32,000 nt of DNA. It comes from Pyrodictium delaneyi (GTDB lineage: Archaea > Thermoproteota > Thermoprotei_A > Sulfolobales > Pyrodictiaceae). Where the stretch lies: positions 1,890,001 through 1,922,000 of the forward strand of contig NZ_CP013011.1 in NCBI RefSeq assembly GCF_001412615.1. Reading direction: 5' to 3'. The notes beneath the pieces were generated by a model. The model did not search any database and was not told the DNA's origin. It was given only the letters and a program-made list of their open reading frames with translations. This document shows, in pieces, positions 1 to 7,244 of the stretch. Both the position numbers and the translations under genes were made by a program. Every line of letters starts with the position of its first letter. Within the stretch, counting starts at the first letter, position 1.

Positions 1-2
1 AG

Positions 3-188
3 ATCGACCGCACAATAGAGCACCTCTCAATAGACTTGAACATGAAGAAGTACGAGATCTACGAGATAGGAGCGAGAGTGATAGTAGAGCTGCTAACGAC
101 TGGGAAGCTAAGCGAGCAACTCCGCAACAAGATAGCAAGCATGCACAACAAGGTAGCCCGTGCTGAGCTCGCTGCGGCTACAGCATGA
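3..188 (+). CDS. Hypothetical protein, 5'-truncated by the window edge (..IDRTIEHLSIDLNMKKYEIYEIGARVIVELLTTGKLSEQLRNKIASMHNKVARAELAAATA*)
   Basis: Frame 3 is open from the window start to TGA 186-188, with codon usage like its neighbours. It is not in the ORF track because it has no start in the window. Confidence 0.5.
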   Translation: MDRTIEHLSIDLNMKKYEIYEIGARVIVELLTTGKLSEQLRNKIASMHNKVARAELAAATA

Positions 189-204
189 GCGTGGGGGTGA
201 GGGT

Positions 205-783
205 GTGGTGGCTGTGCTTAGGAAGTTTGTTGATGGCCTAGGTAAGGACAGGAATGTCTACTACGAGGTTGGTGATGGTGTGCTACTATCAGATGAAGAG
301 TTAGTGATAGTCAAAGGGAATAATAGGGCTCTAGAGGGAAGTATTGACTTTACGAAGCTGGTCTACACAATCGCATCAGATATTAAGCCAAGCCTCTACA
401 TGGTGCACATGATTGACAAAGGAAGAAACATCTACGTGTACATGCCACAAATACTGCTACTGAACGCAGTATTTCAATGGATAGATGAAATGCTAAGAGA
501 GATTGACGAGAGTAACAAACGTCTACATGAGATATACATGGCTGACCTCGACTCGGGCAAGTACACGTCAGTGGAGAGGGAGCTCCGCGAAGCACTAGAC
601 CTCATCAACGCGGTAAAGGAGTGGCTAAAGACTGCAAGGGTTCTGCTTGGGTGGCTGCAGGTCATAACAATGAATCCTGACCTTGTGAGGGGGAAGAAGA
701 TCACGGTAGGACTAGAGAAGCGCGAGGCAGACGGCCTAGACAAGTACATGAAGAAGGAAGCCAAGGCAGAGGCCGAGGGGTGA
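205..783 (+). CDS. Hypothetical protein with a coiled-coil-rich C-terminal half (ORF track 160..783)
   Basis: 207-aa ORF. The likely start is GTG 205/208, preceded by GGGGGTGAGG (SD-like) and lying after the upstream stop at 188. Confidence 0.6.
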   Translation: MVAVLRKFVDGLGKDRNVYYEVGDGVLLSDEELVIVKGNNRALEGSIDFTKLVYTIASDIKPSLYMVHMIDKGRNIYVYMPQILLLNAVFQWIDEMLREIDESNKRLHEIYMADLDSGKYTSVERELREALDLINAVKEWLKTARVLLGWLQVITMNPDLVRGKKITVGLEKREADGLDKYMKKEAKAEAEG

Positions 784-790
784 CCAGAGG

Positions 791-1027
791 GTGGATTGTC
801 TGCCGCGGCTGGTGCATGTGCATGGATGCTGGCTTGCCATCAAGGCGTCTAGCTGCGAGGAGCTGGAGAGGGCTGAGCGCATCCTAGAGGCCCTCGACGC
901 GGAGAAGCTGCTCTACGAGGGTGCTCCCGTGGCGCCCGACTGCGCCAGGGTCTACGAAGAAGCCAGGGCAGCCCTGCAGGAGACCCAAGGAGTTGCAGTA
1001 GAAGCGGCATGGCCGAACCCGAGGTGA
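791..1027 (+). CDS. Hypothetical small protein (78 aa)
   Basis: GTG-start ORF packed between neighbours. The start is uncertain. Confidence 0.45.
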   Translation: MDCLPRLVHVHGCWLAIKASSCEELERAERILEALDAEKLLYEGAPVAPDCARVYEEARAALQETQGVAVEAAWPNPR

Positions 1028-1034
1028 CCGCGCG

Positions 1035-1208
1035 ATGAGGGTCATAACATTCAAAGCAGACGAAGAGCTCTTGGAGAGGCTAGACATGTTTGCACGCCTC
1101 AAGGGCGTGACACGGAGTGAGGTCATACGACGCGCCATCGAGCTCTACCTCAAACTAGAGGACTACAAGGTGCAGCCAGAACCAAAGATTGTGAGGCTGA
1201 CAAGCTGA
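1035..1208 (+). CDS. Ribbon-helix-helix (CopG/Arc/MetJ-type) DNA-binding protein, 57 aa. Not in the ORF track (<60 aa)
   Basis: ATG 1035 lies 8 nt after GAGGTGA. The translation is MRVITFKADEELLERLDMFARLKGVTRSEVIRRAIELYLKLEDYKVQPEPKIVRLTS. This is the canonical RHH pattern: N-terminal beta-strand, helix A, G-x-T-R-S-E turn, helix B. Confidence 0.8.
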   Translation: MRVITFKADEELLERLDMFARLKGVTRSEVIRRAIELYLKLEDYKVQPEPKIVRLTS

Positions 1209-1219
1209 GGTGACGGGCC

Positions 1220-1402
1220 GTGGCTGACGAGGAGTGCCAAGTTATTGATGGTGCTATAGTTGAACTGTGCAAAGAGGCTAGGCGCAGATGCATTGAAGAG
1301 GACGATGACGATGCATGTGCATTCTGGCGCTTCGACTGCCACATCGTAAGAGAGTGCCTAAAACTGCGAGAAAGAGGAGTGACGTGCCGTGCTGGACGCT
1401 AG
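1220..1402 (+). CDS. Small acidic Cys-rich protein (60 aa, 6 Cys)
   Basis: GTG 1220 is preceded by GAGGTGA (1207-1213). It overlaps the next ORF by 14 nt. Confidence 0.5.
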   Translation: MADEECQVIDGAIVELCKEARRRCIEEDDDDACAFWRFDCHIVRECLKLRERGVTCRAGR

Positions 1403-1961
1403 GGCGTTGAAGGCCAGGTATTCCTCGAAGTGGCGGCTGGCAGCTAGGCGGGAGCTGCTTTCATATAATATACTGAATATACTGCTGGCCCGGTATGGCT
1501 GCTATGTGTTGTTCACGGGTGTCGGGAGCGGCTACACCGGCTACGTACCAGACAACTATGATAGCCCATTGAACGCCTTCGACTTCGCGGTTTTCTGCAG
1601 CAAGGGTAAGGGCGACGAGCTGGTAGCCTTTGTCGACGTTACCGGCTACCGGGACTACAGCGACGGCAGGGGCGACACTAAGCCCTGCATACTCTACAGG
1701 AAGGTGGAGAAGGCGAAGAGGCTTGGCATACCCCTGGAGCGGGTGTGGTTCCTACACTTCGTAGACACCAGGGTCTCAATGAGGCTGATCAACGCCCACC
1801 TGGTAGAGGAGATGCTGGCGCAGGGTCTGGCAGAGAAGCGGAAACTATACCGCGACGAGAACTGGTACATATGCATAGAGCAGCGCCGCTGGCTAGAACC
1901 ACGCAACTTCATGAAGTGGCTGGCAATGATGAAAGAGGTGAACAACAGTGGCCAGCTATGA
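1389..1961 (+). CDS. Hypothetical protein, 190 aa, with weak PD-(D/E)XK-nuclease-like motifs (FDFAVF ... AFVDVTGY ... YRKVEKAK)
   Basis: The ORF has coding-like composition. The nuclease-like assignment rests only on a loose motif reading. Confidence 0.55.
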   Translation: MLDARALKARYSSKWRLAARRELLSYNILNILLARYGCYVLFTGVGSGYTGYVPDNYDSPLNAFDFAVFCSKGKGDELVAFVDVTGYRDYSDGRGDTKPCILYRKVEKAKRLGIPLERVWFLHFVDTRVSMRLINAHLVEEMLAQGLAEKRKLYRDENWYICIEQRRWLEPRNFMKWLAMMKEVNNSGQL

Positions 1962-2099
1962 GCCGTACAGCTGGAGCGGCTCCTCGAGGAGCTGGCTGAT
2001 GAACTGCGGGAGCTGGATGGGCTGCAGTCCAGGGTTGCCATGACGCTTGCCCGGATCAAGCTCCTACTAGAGCTAGAGAGTCGCTCGTAGGACTGGGGG

Positions 2100-2144
2100 C
2101 TATACTTTGACCTCTAGGCTGGCTATACCCTCGGCGGGCTATAC
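2100..2144 (+). repeat. CTATAC triplet array 1 (hexamers at 2100, 2123, 2139; spacing 23 and 16 bp)
   Basis: GGCTATAC occurs three times, in or adjacent to the 2091..2163 gap. Confidence 0.6.
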
Positions 2145-2820
2145 TCGGCAGCGCCTAGTCGTCATGCTGAGGGACTCTATGGGGCTGAGCTGGGGCGCGA
2201 TAGCAGAGATAGTATATGGGAGCAGGAATGAACGAGCGAAACTGAAGGCCTACGCACTCTACGCAACTGCAAAGAAGAAGGAGCACTATACTCCCGGCAA
2301 CACCAGTGCTATACCGGGCGGGAGCTATACCGAGCTGCGCCCAGAGCGCGGTTGGCAGCAGCGGGCTAGCCCCGTTCTCACGGGGTCTACGATAGGCACT
2401 CTACCAGGGAAATGGGGTAAGAAGGGGGAAGAAAGATACATCGAGGAAGCCGCGGGGATACTACGATACTTCTACGACCTTGTCTTTACACGCTATGATT
2501 TCGATAAGAGCATCCTGGCCTACGCCGAGGAAGTGCTCCGCAGGAGCCGCGGGCTGCTGGAAGGCGAAAAAGTGCATATCAAGCGCGGCTACGTCAAACT
2601 CACGCCGCGCGTCGCCGCAGTGGTTTACGCAAGCTTCTTTGTGAGCGTCTACAACCTCGCCCGCGGCCACCAGGTGCTGGGCGAGCTCTTCTACCACCTA
2701 GTTCAATACCTGAGCCAGACGAAAGAGCTCCGAGGGAATGCGAAGAAGGCGAGGGAGAAGCTGCAGGAAGAACTGAAGCAGATTATGCCGCACTTCGTCA
2801 AGTACATGATTCCGCCCTAA
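2107..2820 (+). CDS. Putative HTH DNA-binding protein (MGLSWGAIAEIVYG helix-turn-helix-like N-terminus). The start is either TTG 2107 or ATG 2164
   Basis: 237-aa ORF. With ATG 2164, the third GGCTATAC box sits about -25. With TTG 2107, the protein contains AIPSAGYT/AIPGGSYT repeats. Confidence 0.6.
   Translation: MTSRLAIPSAGYTRQRLVVMLRDSMGLSWGAIAEIVYGSRNERAKLKAYALYATAKKKEHYTPGNTSAIPGGSYTELRPERGWQQRASPVLTGSTIGTLPGKWGKKGEERYIEEAAGILRYFYDLVFTRYDFDKSILAYAEEVLRRSRGLLEGEKVHIKRGYVKLTPRVAAVVYASFFVSVYNLARGHQVLGELFYHLVQYLSQTKELRGNAKKAREKLQEELKQIMPHFVKYMIPP
2286..2330 (+). repeat. CTATAC triplet array 2 (hexamers at 2286, 2309, 2325; spacing 23 and 16 bp)
   Basis: The phasing is the same as array 1 but the spacers have diverged. 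It lies inside the 2107..2820 ORF. Confidence 0.55.
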
Positions 2821-2835
2821 GGCTGTGGGGCTCCG
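2811..2835 (+). promoter_or_regulatory. Intercistronic element copy A (variant TCCGCCC..GGGGC), 25 nt before GTG 2836
   Basis: The sequence is TCCGCCCTAAGGCTGTGGGGCTCCG. Confidence 0.4.
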
Positions 2836-3144
2836 GTGAAGCGGTTAGCGGCTATTCTGGCGCTCCTCGTATTCCTGGACGCGGCCACAACCTGGTATGC
2901 ACTCTCTACCGGCCATTTCGTTGAGGCGGCTCCTCTCACCTCTAGGCTCCTACCCATCATGGGTCCACTATACTGGGTGCTCGTGGAGTATCCCATACTG
3001 CTTTTCATGACCCAGTTTGCTAGGCTAGCCCCCCTGGGGCGCCGGGTTCTCGTGTATGTTCCTCTCGCCGTGGTCTCTGCTGCTGTCGTGAATAATGTGG
3101 CGTGGTTGCTGAGAGGGGGGTACCTGTTCTCCGGGACGCCGTAA
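2836..3144 (+). CDS. Small integral membrane protein (about 3 TM). The LDAATTWYAL..G..E..P motif is reminiscent of DUF5658-type proteins (from memory)
   Basis: GTG start with hydrophobic segments throughout. Confidence 0.6.
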   Translation: MKRLAAILALLVFLDAATTWYALSTGHFVEAAPLTSRLLPIMGPLYWVLVEYPILLFMTQFARLAPLGRRVLVYVPLAVVSAAVVNNVAWLLRGGYLFSGTP

Positions 3145-3159
3145 ACCCGGGTTTATTGT

Positions 3160-3185
3160 TCGCCCTGGCTGGGCGGAGAAGAGGT
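3160..3185 (+). promoter_or_regulatory. Intercistronic element copy B, 26 nt before ATG 3186
   Basis: The sequence is TCGCCC-TGGCT-GGGCGGAGAAGAGGT. CGCCC and GGGCG are complementary. Confidence 0.6.
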
Positions 3186-3674
3186 ATGCAGCGCCAAGCC
3201 TTGCTGGCCCTGGCTCTGCTCCTGGTAGCAGCAGTAGCGGTTCCCGCTGCCGCGGCCTCTCTAACCGTCAGCGCCGACAAGGACACGTACAGCCCCGGCG
3301 AAACCGTGGTAATCACGGTAGTCGTGGAAGACAACGCTACCAGTGCAACAGTGGCGGTGACGGTCCACGATCCCGAGGGTACGCTGGTCTACAGCGACCA
3401 GCTAACTGTGCAGCTTGTGAACGGCACAGGGAGCACCAGCACAAGCTTCGTTCTCCCCGGCGATGCCAAGGAAGGGAACTGGGTGGTCAAAGCACAGTAC
3501 GGCAGTGTCAGCGCCGAGGATGTGTTCCTCGTAGGCGGGTCTGGAAATGGGGGCTCCGGCGGGTTTGGGGGCGGCAACGTTGTTGTTGGTGCTGCTTTTA
3601 TTGCTATGGCTTTCATTGCTCTAGCCATCTCGCTGAACAAGAGCAAATCGCCCCAGACTGGGCGGAAGAGGTGA
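3186..3674 (+). CDS. Secreted, C-terminally anchored glycoprotein candidate. Layout is signal peptide, Ig-like beta-sandwich (DKDTYSPGETVVITV), Gly-rich linker, TM and basic tail
   Basis: ATG 3186 follows GAGGT. MQRQALLALALLLVAAVAVPAAAAS looks like a signal peptide. There are NAT and NGT sequons. GGSGNGGSGGFGGG is followed by a TM and KSKSPQTGRKR. The ORF-track N-terminal extension (3102) overlaps the previous gene. Confidence 0.7.
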   Translation: MQRQALLALALLLVAAVAVPAAAASLTVSADKDTYSPGETVVITVVVEDNATSATVAVTVHDPEGTLVYSDQLTVQLVNGTGSTSTSFVLPGDAKEGNWVVKAQYGSVSAEDVFLVGGSGNGGSGGFGGGNVVVGAAFIAMAFIALAISLNKSKSPQTGRKR

Positions 3675-3680
3675 GAACCG
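3648..3680 (+). promoter_or_regulatory. Intercistronic element copy C, 33 nt before GTG 3681
   Basis: The sequence is TCGCCCC-AGACT-GGGCGGAAGAGGTGAGAACCG. It is nearly identical in plan to copy B. Confidence 0.55.
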
Positions 3681-4463
3681 GTGCCAAGGAAGAGCCGCGA
3701 GCGTAAGATGCTCGAGCTGCTAAGCGACTTCGGCATAATACTAGCAATACTGGCGCTGATAGCGTCCCTTGGCATGGCTATCAGCGTCACGGTGAGGACC
3801 CCGATACTCACCCTGGCCGACGTCTGGGATCATAGGGACTATGCTAAGGTGCACGTATACCATTTGGTGAACGGGAGCGAGGTAGAGGATGTTTACAGGC
3901 TAGAGGACATCGCGAGCTATGCCAACGGCACGCTAAGCATAGCCTCTCCCGCGGAGAACACCACGAAGATAGTGCTCGAGCTGCAGTGGCTCTCATGGTC
4001 AGCTCTGGCCGACCGCGGCATAAACAGTGTGAACATAACCGTGGAGCCTGCAGCGGAGATAGAGTTCGGGCCGTTCACCGGAAACGGAACGATAAGCAAG
4101 ACCACTAATCCAGTTGAGTTCAGCGTCTGGGCGAACACGCATCCGGGCACGGTTAAGCTTGAAGTACACAATGCTAGCGCAGTGGACATAGCAAGGCTAG
4201 AGGTCATGGGCGTAGGCAAGCAGCCCTTGCTGGCCGTGCTGACACAGCCGTTTTGGGCCGTCGGTGGCATGATAATGGGCTACATCACAGCGATAGCGGC
4301 TGGCATAAGGAGACAGCTAGGATACGTGATGGGTGCAATGAGCGGTGCCATAGGCGCTTTCGTGGGAGCCATTGCAGAGAACCCGATAGCCGCGATAATG
4401 GGCATGGCTGTGGTACTCTTCGTGTTCTACATGATAGCGAAGGAGCAGCCACGCCGACGCTAG
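3681..4463 (+). CDS. Membrane glycoprotein candidate: N-terminal TM, ectodomain with six N-x-S/T sequons, C-terminal Gly/Ala-rich TM pair
   Basis: 260-aa ORF. The sequons are NGS, NGT, NTT, NIT, NGT and NAS. Confidence 0.65.
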   Translation: MPRKSRERKMLELLSDFGIILAILALIASLGMAISVTVRTPILTLADVWDHRDYAKVHVYHLVNGSEVEDVYRLEDIASYANGTLSIASPAENTTKIVLELQWLSWSALADRGINSVNITVEPAAEIEFGPFTGNGTISKTTNPVEFSVWANTHPGTVKLEVHNASAVDIARLEVMGVGKQPLLAVLTQPFWAVGGMIMGYITAIAAGIRRQLGYVMGAMSGAIGAFVGAIAENPIAAIMGMAVVLFVFYMIAKEQPRRR

Positions 4464-4477
4464 GAGCGTTGAAGGGG

Positions 4478-5071
4478 GTGAGGCCGGTGAGGCTGAGAGG
4501 TGCAATAAGCTTCGGCGGAGTACTACTGCTCTTCGTAGCGATAGTCATTATACTGCTAGCGTTCAGCTTCATAGGCGGTGCAAGCTGGTTCTCTCAAACG
4601 GTTAACGCGATAAACAGTCTCTTCGGCGGGATGGGGGAGTTCCTGCCGATCCTTGCTCTCTTCGGCGCAGCCGGCCTAACGGTGTGGCTCGGCGCAGAAC
4701 GTGAATCTCCTCTGCTCCTGACAGCCGGCGGCATAATGTTCGCCGCAGCGATGGGGTGGCTCGCCAACATACAGACATTCCTAACAACGGTGCTGTCGAG
4801 CGTCGGCACGCTAGCGTTCAGCTTCGCAATGCTGTACCTAGCGTATAGGACAAGCGGCTTCCAACGAGTCATCTTCGCAATGGCCGGCGCGATAGGAGCG
4901 ATAGGCGGCACCGTGCTAAGCCTAGGCGACTGGTTCAAGGGCTTTATGGAAGCATTAGTAGTACCCTTTGAAAGGATTGCAGGGCTAAACTACGTAGGCG
5001 TGATAGTGGCCGTGGTGGCACTCCTAGCAGTAGGCGGCCTAATCTTGCGCATCCTCAGGAAGGGCGTCTAG
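4478..5071 (+). CDS. Polytopic membrane protein (about 6 TM)
   Basis: The hydrophobic ORF most likely starts at GTG 4478 or 4487, after GGGGGTGAGG. The ORF-track portion 4253..4477 overlaps the previous gene and is Arg/His-rich junk. Confidence 0.6.
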   Translation: MRPVRLRGAISFGGVLLLFVAIVIILLAFSFIGGASWFSQTVNAINSLFGGMGEFLPILALFGAAGLTVWLGAERESPLLLTAGGIMFAAAMGWLANIQTFLTTVLSSVGTLAFSFAMLYLAYRTSGFQRVIFAMAGAIGAIGGTVLSLGDWFKGFMEALVVPFERIAGLNYVGVIVAVVALLAVGGLILRILRKGV

Positions 5072-5081
5072 CCCACTTTTT

Positions 5082-5106
5082 TCGCCCCCACGCTGCGGGG
5101 GCAACG
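5082..5106 (+). promoter_or_regulatory. Intercistronic element copy D, 25 nt before GTG 5107
   Basis: A T6 tract is followed by TCGCCCCC-ACGCTGC-GGGGGCAACG. The stem is 6 bp. Confidence 0.6.
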
Positions 5107-6126
5107 GTGGCTCGCCAGCTTATACTGCTGGCACTTCTCATCCCACTACTCGCGGCTGCAGCCGCGGCTGCAGACATCAACATCTGGTACAGCTGTGACA
5201 GTAGCGGCTTGTACATAAGCATAAGCAGTGATGTACCGTTTACGTACACTGTGATGCACGATGGTAATGTCATTGACTCGGGGCAATCCAGTAGCACATA
5301 CGCAATAACGGTGACTATGCCTGGTACATACGAGGTCGAGGCATATCCAACGGGTAGCAATACGGGGAAATGGGCTGCAATAAGCTATGACGGCGCAACA
5401 TGCTCGTGTAGTGGTGCGTGCAGCGGAAGCGGGGGCGGTGGTGGAAGCGGCGGGGGCGGTTGGGGCGGAAGCATAGGCATCGACTGCAGCGGCTGGTGCA
5501 ACAACTGCCAGCTACCCCCAGGACTCACATGGATATGCGATCTAGTCTGCAGCCTATGCAGGATAATCAACGGCATGAAAGCAGCAATAGAAGCAATCGC
5601 GAACTTCTTCGATGGGCTCCTCGGAGCGATCCACAGCGTCGGACAGAGGATAATAGATGGTATAAGCGCTGTCGGAAGCTTCTTTGCCGGCATCGGGGAC
5701 GCTGTGATAGGCTTCTTCTCGAGCGTGGCGAGCAGGGTAACAGGCTTTGTCGATGCTTTGAGCAGCTTCTTTGGCAGCTTGGCAGACGCTGTATACAGTT
5801 TCTTCAAGGGATGGTTCGACTTGATAACCGCGCCGTTCCGCGCTATAATGGACAGGTTGGGCGGGGGCAGCGGCGGGGCAGGGGTGAAAAGTGCCGGGGG
5901 GATGACGTGGAGACAATACTTGTTCATGCTCGGCGTCGCATTGATTGTGGGTGGCGCTTTCGCGGGTGGGAGAGCGAAGATAATCTCTCTGGCAGGCGCG
6001 CTAATAGTCGCATACATAATGTTCACGGACCGCCAGTTCATAGAGGGGATAGTGAAGTCGCCGTACCTGGTCATAGCTGCTGGTGCATTCCTGCTAGTCT
6101 ACGCGGCGCTGAGGATGAGAGAATGA
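5107..6126 (+). CDS. Secreted Cys-rich protein with a Gly linker, 11-residue-periodic FF amphipathic repeat region and C-terminal TM segments. Candidate virion or envelope protein
   Basis: MARQLILLALLIPLLAAAAAAA looks like a signal peptide. There are 9 Cys between residues 99 and 151. GSGGGGGSGGGGWGG is a Gly linker. FF occurs at residues 192, 203, (214), 221 and 232. Two or three TM segments lie at the C-terminus. Confidence 0.7.
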   Translation: MARQLILLALLIPLLAAAAAAADINIWYSCDSSGLYISISSDVPFTYTVMHDGNVIDSGQSSSTYAITVTMPGTYEVEAYPTGSNTGKWAAISYDGATCSCSGACSGSGGGGGSGGGGWGGSIGIDCSGWCNNCQLPPGLTWICDLVCSLCRIINGMKAAIEAIANFFDGLLGAIHSVGQRIIDGISAVGSFFAGIGDAVIGFFSSVASRVTGFVDALSSFFGSLADAVYSFFKGWFDLITAPFRAIMDRLGGGSGGAGVKSAGGMTWRQYLFMLGVALIVGGAFAGGRAKIISLAGALIVAYIMFTDRQFIEGIVKSPYLVIAAGAFLLVYAALRMRE

Positions 6127-6425
6127 GCTGGGAAGCATGGATAGAAGAGCTGAAACAATGGACAACTATGCAGTGGGCGCTGTTCTGGCTAGGAGCAGCA
6201 ATGATAGCCTATGGCCTGAAGAGCCACCCGAGGATATCGCAGTGGGGCGCGGCGCTCTTCTTGGCCGCGTTTTTCTGGCCCCTACTCCGCCAGGTGCACG
6301 CCTACACGTTGCGGCTCAGCGGCGACCCGGTGACAGCGGCTATAGCGACTGTCGCCGCGATCTTTGTCGGCCCTAGGATACTGTTGGAGCTGGTGAAGGC
6401 TGCGCTACGGAGCAGGTCGCCCTAG
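6123..6425 (+). CDS. Small membrane protein (about 100 aa, 3 TM)
   Basis: ATG 6123 overlaps the upstream stop (ATGA). It is the only sensible part of the 335-aa alternate-frame ORF 5418..6425. Confidence 0.55.
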   Translation: MSWEAWIEELKQWTTMQWALFWLGAAMIAYGLKSHPRISQWGAALFLAAFFWPLLRQVHAYTLRLSGDPVTAAIATVAAIFVGPRILLELVKAALRSRSP

Positions 6426-6441
6426 GGGGCGGAGAGTAGGG
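6417..6441 (+). promoter_or_regulatory. Intercistronic element copy E, 25 nt before ATG 6442
   Basis: The sequence is TCGCCC-TAGG-GGGCGGAGAGTAGGG. Confidence 0.6.
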
Positions 6442-6693
6442 ATGGTTCTCAGGCTGAAGCAAAGCGGGGTTGTGGACGGGTTTGATCTGGAAGAGCTAGA
6501 GGAGATAGTGGCTAGCGCGGCGGAGAAGGCTGTCGAGAAAGCTATCCGCAGAAGGGGGGACACGCTGGCATACGCGCAGAGAGTCCTGCAGGTCTACCAG
6601 TTCTTCGAGTCGAATGTGGGGGATAAGCAGGTCGCGCTTGAGCTCACCCGTATAGTCTTCGTCTCCGAGAAGATGGGTGAGGGAGATGAGTAG
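6442..6693 (+). CDS. Hypothetical acidic protein (83 aa)
   Basis: ATG-start ORF, with intercistronic motif copy E 25 nt upstream. Confidence 0.55.
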   Translation: MVLRLKQSGVVDGFDLEELEEIVASAAEKAVEKAIRRRGDTLAYAQRVLQVYQFFESNVGDKQVALELTRIVFVSEKMGEGDE

Positions 6694-7216
6694 CCTGCCC
6701 GATGAGCTCGAGAAGCTGAGCAACTCTATGATGCGGCTCTTCCAGCGGCCCTTCCGCCGCATAGACCGGGCCACGGAGACCCTGCTCCGCAGGGACATAG
6801 GGAGAAGCATAGCGAGGAGAATAGAAGGGCTCGGGGCCAGAGGAGTCCGCGCTCTAAGACTCGCGATAGAGAGGTTCGAGAAGGCGAGGAGCGAGAGGGC
6901 GCGCAGGAAGGCCTACGAGGACGTATTAAGAGCTCTCTATGGCAGGAAGGGCTCCAGGGTTCTCCGAAAAGCCATAGAGGCTGGCATATTGAGCGAGGAA
7001 GAGGTCGTGGAGCTGGCGAAGAGGCGGCTCCGCCGGAAGGCTGCTAGGATTCGCCCAGCAAGGCGGGAGAGACGCCGTGGCCGGGAGAGGAAGAACACTA
7101 GGCCCAAGATAGTAGCGGCATACGAGTTCCGGGAATGCTGGCGGGAATGTGGGCACCCCCGGCGGAACCGGCAGTGCTGGAGCCGCTGCATGAAGAGGGC
7201 GTGGAGCGACGTCTAG
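6677..7216 (+). CDS. Highly basic Arg-rich protein with a C-terminal CxxxC..H..CxxxC motif. Nucleic-acid-binding candidate
   Basis: 179-aa ORF with runs such as RRLRRKAARIRPARRERRRGRERK. The C-terminus is ECWRECGHPRRNRQCWSRC. Confidence 0.6.
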   Translation: MREMSSLPDELEKLSNSMMRLFQRPFRRIDRATETLLRRDIGRSIARRIEGLGARGVRALRLAIERFEKARSERARRKAYEDVLRALYGRKGSRVLRKAIEAGILSEEEVVELAKRRLRRKAARIRPARRERRRGRERKNTRPKIVAAYEFRECWRECGHPRRNRQCWSRCMKRAWSDV

Positions 7217-7218
7217 GC

Positions 7219-7244
7219 TCGCCCTCTCCGGCGGAGAGCCCGGG
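7219..7244 (+). promoter_or_regulatory. Intercistronic element copy F, 26 nt before ATG 7245
   Basis: The sequence is TCGCCCTCTCC-GGCGGAGAGCCCGGG. A CTCTCC/GGAGAG hairpin is also possible. Confidence 0.55.

Noticed and set aside
1461-1490. AATATACTG tandem duplicate (ATAATATACTGAATATACTG) inside the 1389..1961 ORF, as a regulatory site
   Set aside because: It is fully explained as coding for the peptide YNILNILL. There is no matching spacing pattern with the CTATAC arrays.
3102-3185. N-terminal extension of the secreted Ig-like protein (ORF-track start 3102); similarly 4253..4477 for the next membrane protein
   Set aside because: The extensions overlap the preceding genes in another frame and lack signal or TM character. 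Internal starts (ATG 3186, GTG 4478/4487) have SD-like sequences and give proper signal or TM N-termini.
5418-6122. 335-aa alternate-frame ORF overlapping the 5107..6126 gene
   Set aside because: Its translation is Arg/Gly/Trp-rich low-complexity sequence (RKRGRWWKRRGRLGRKHRHR...), typical of an off-frame reading of a GC/Gly-rich gene. Only the part from ATG 6123 onward is a sensible (membrane) protein.
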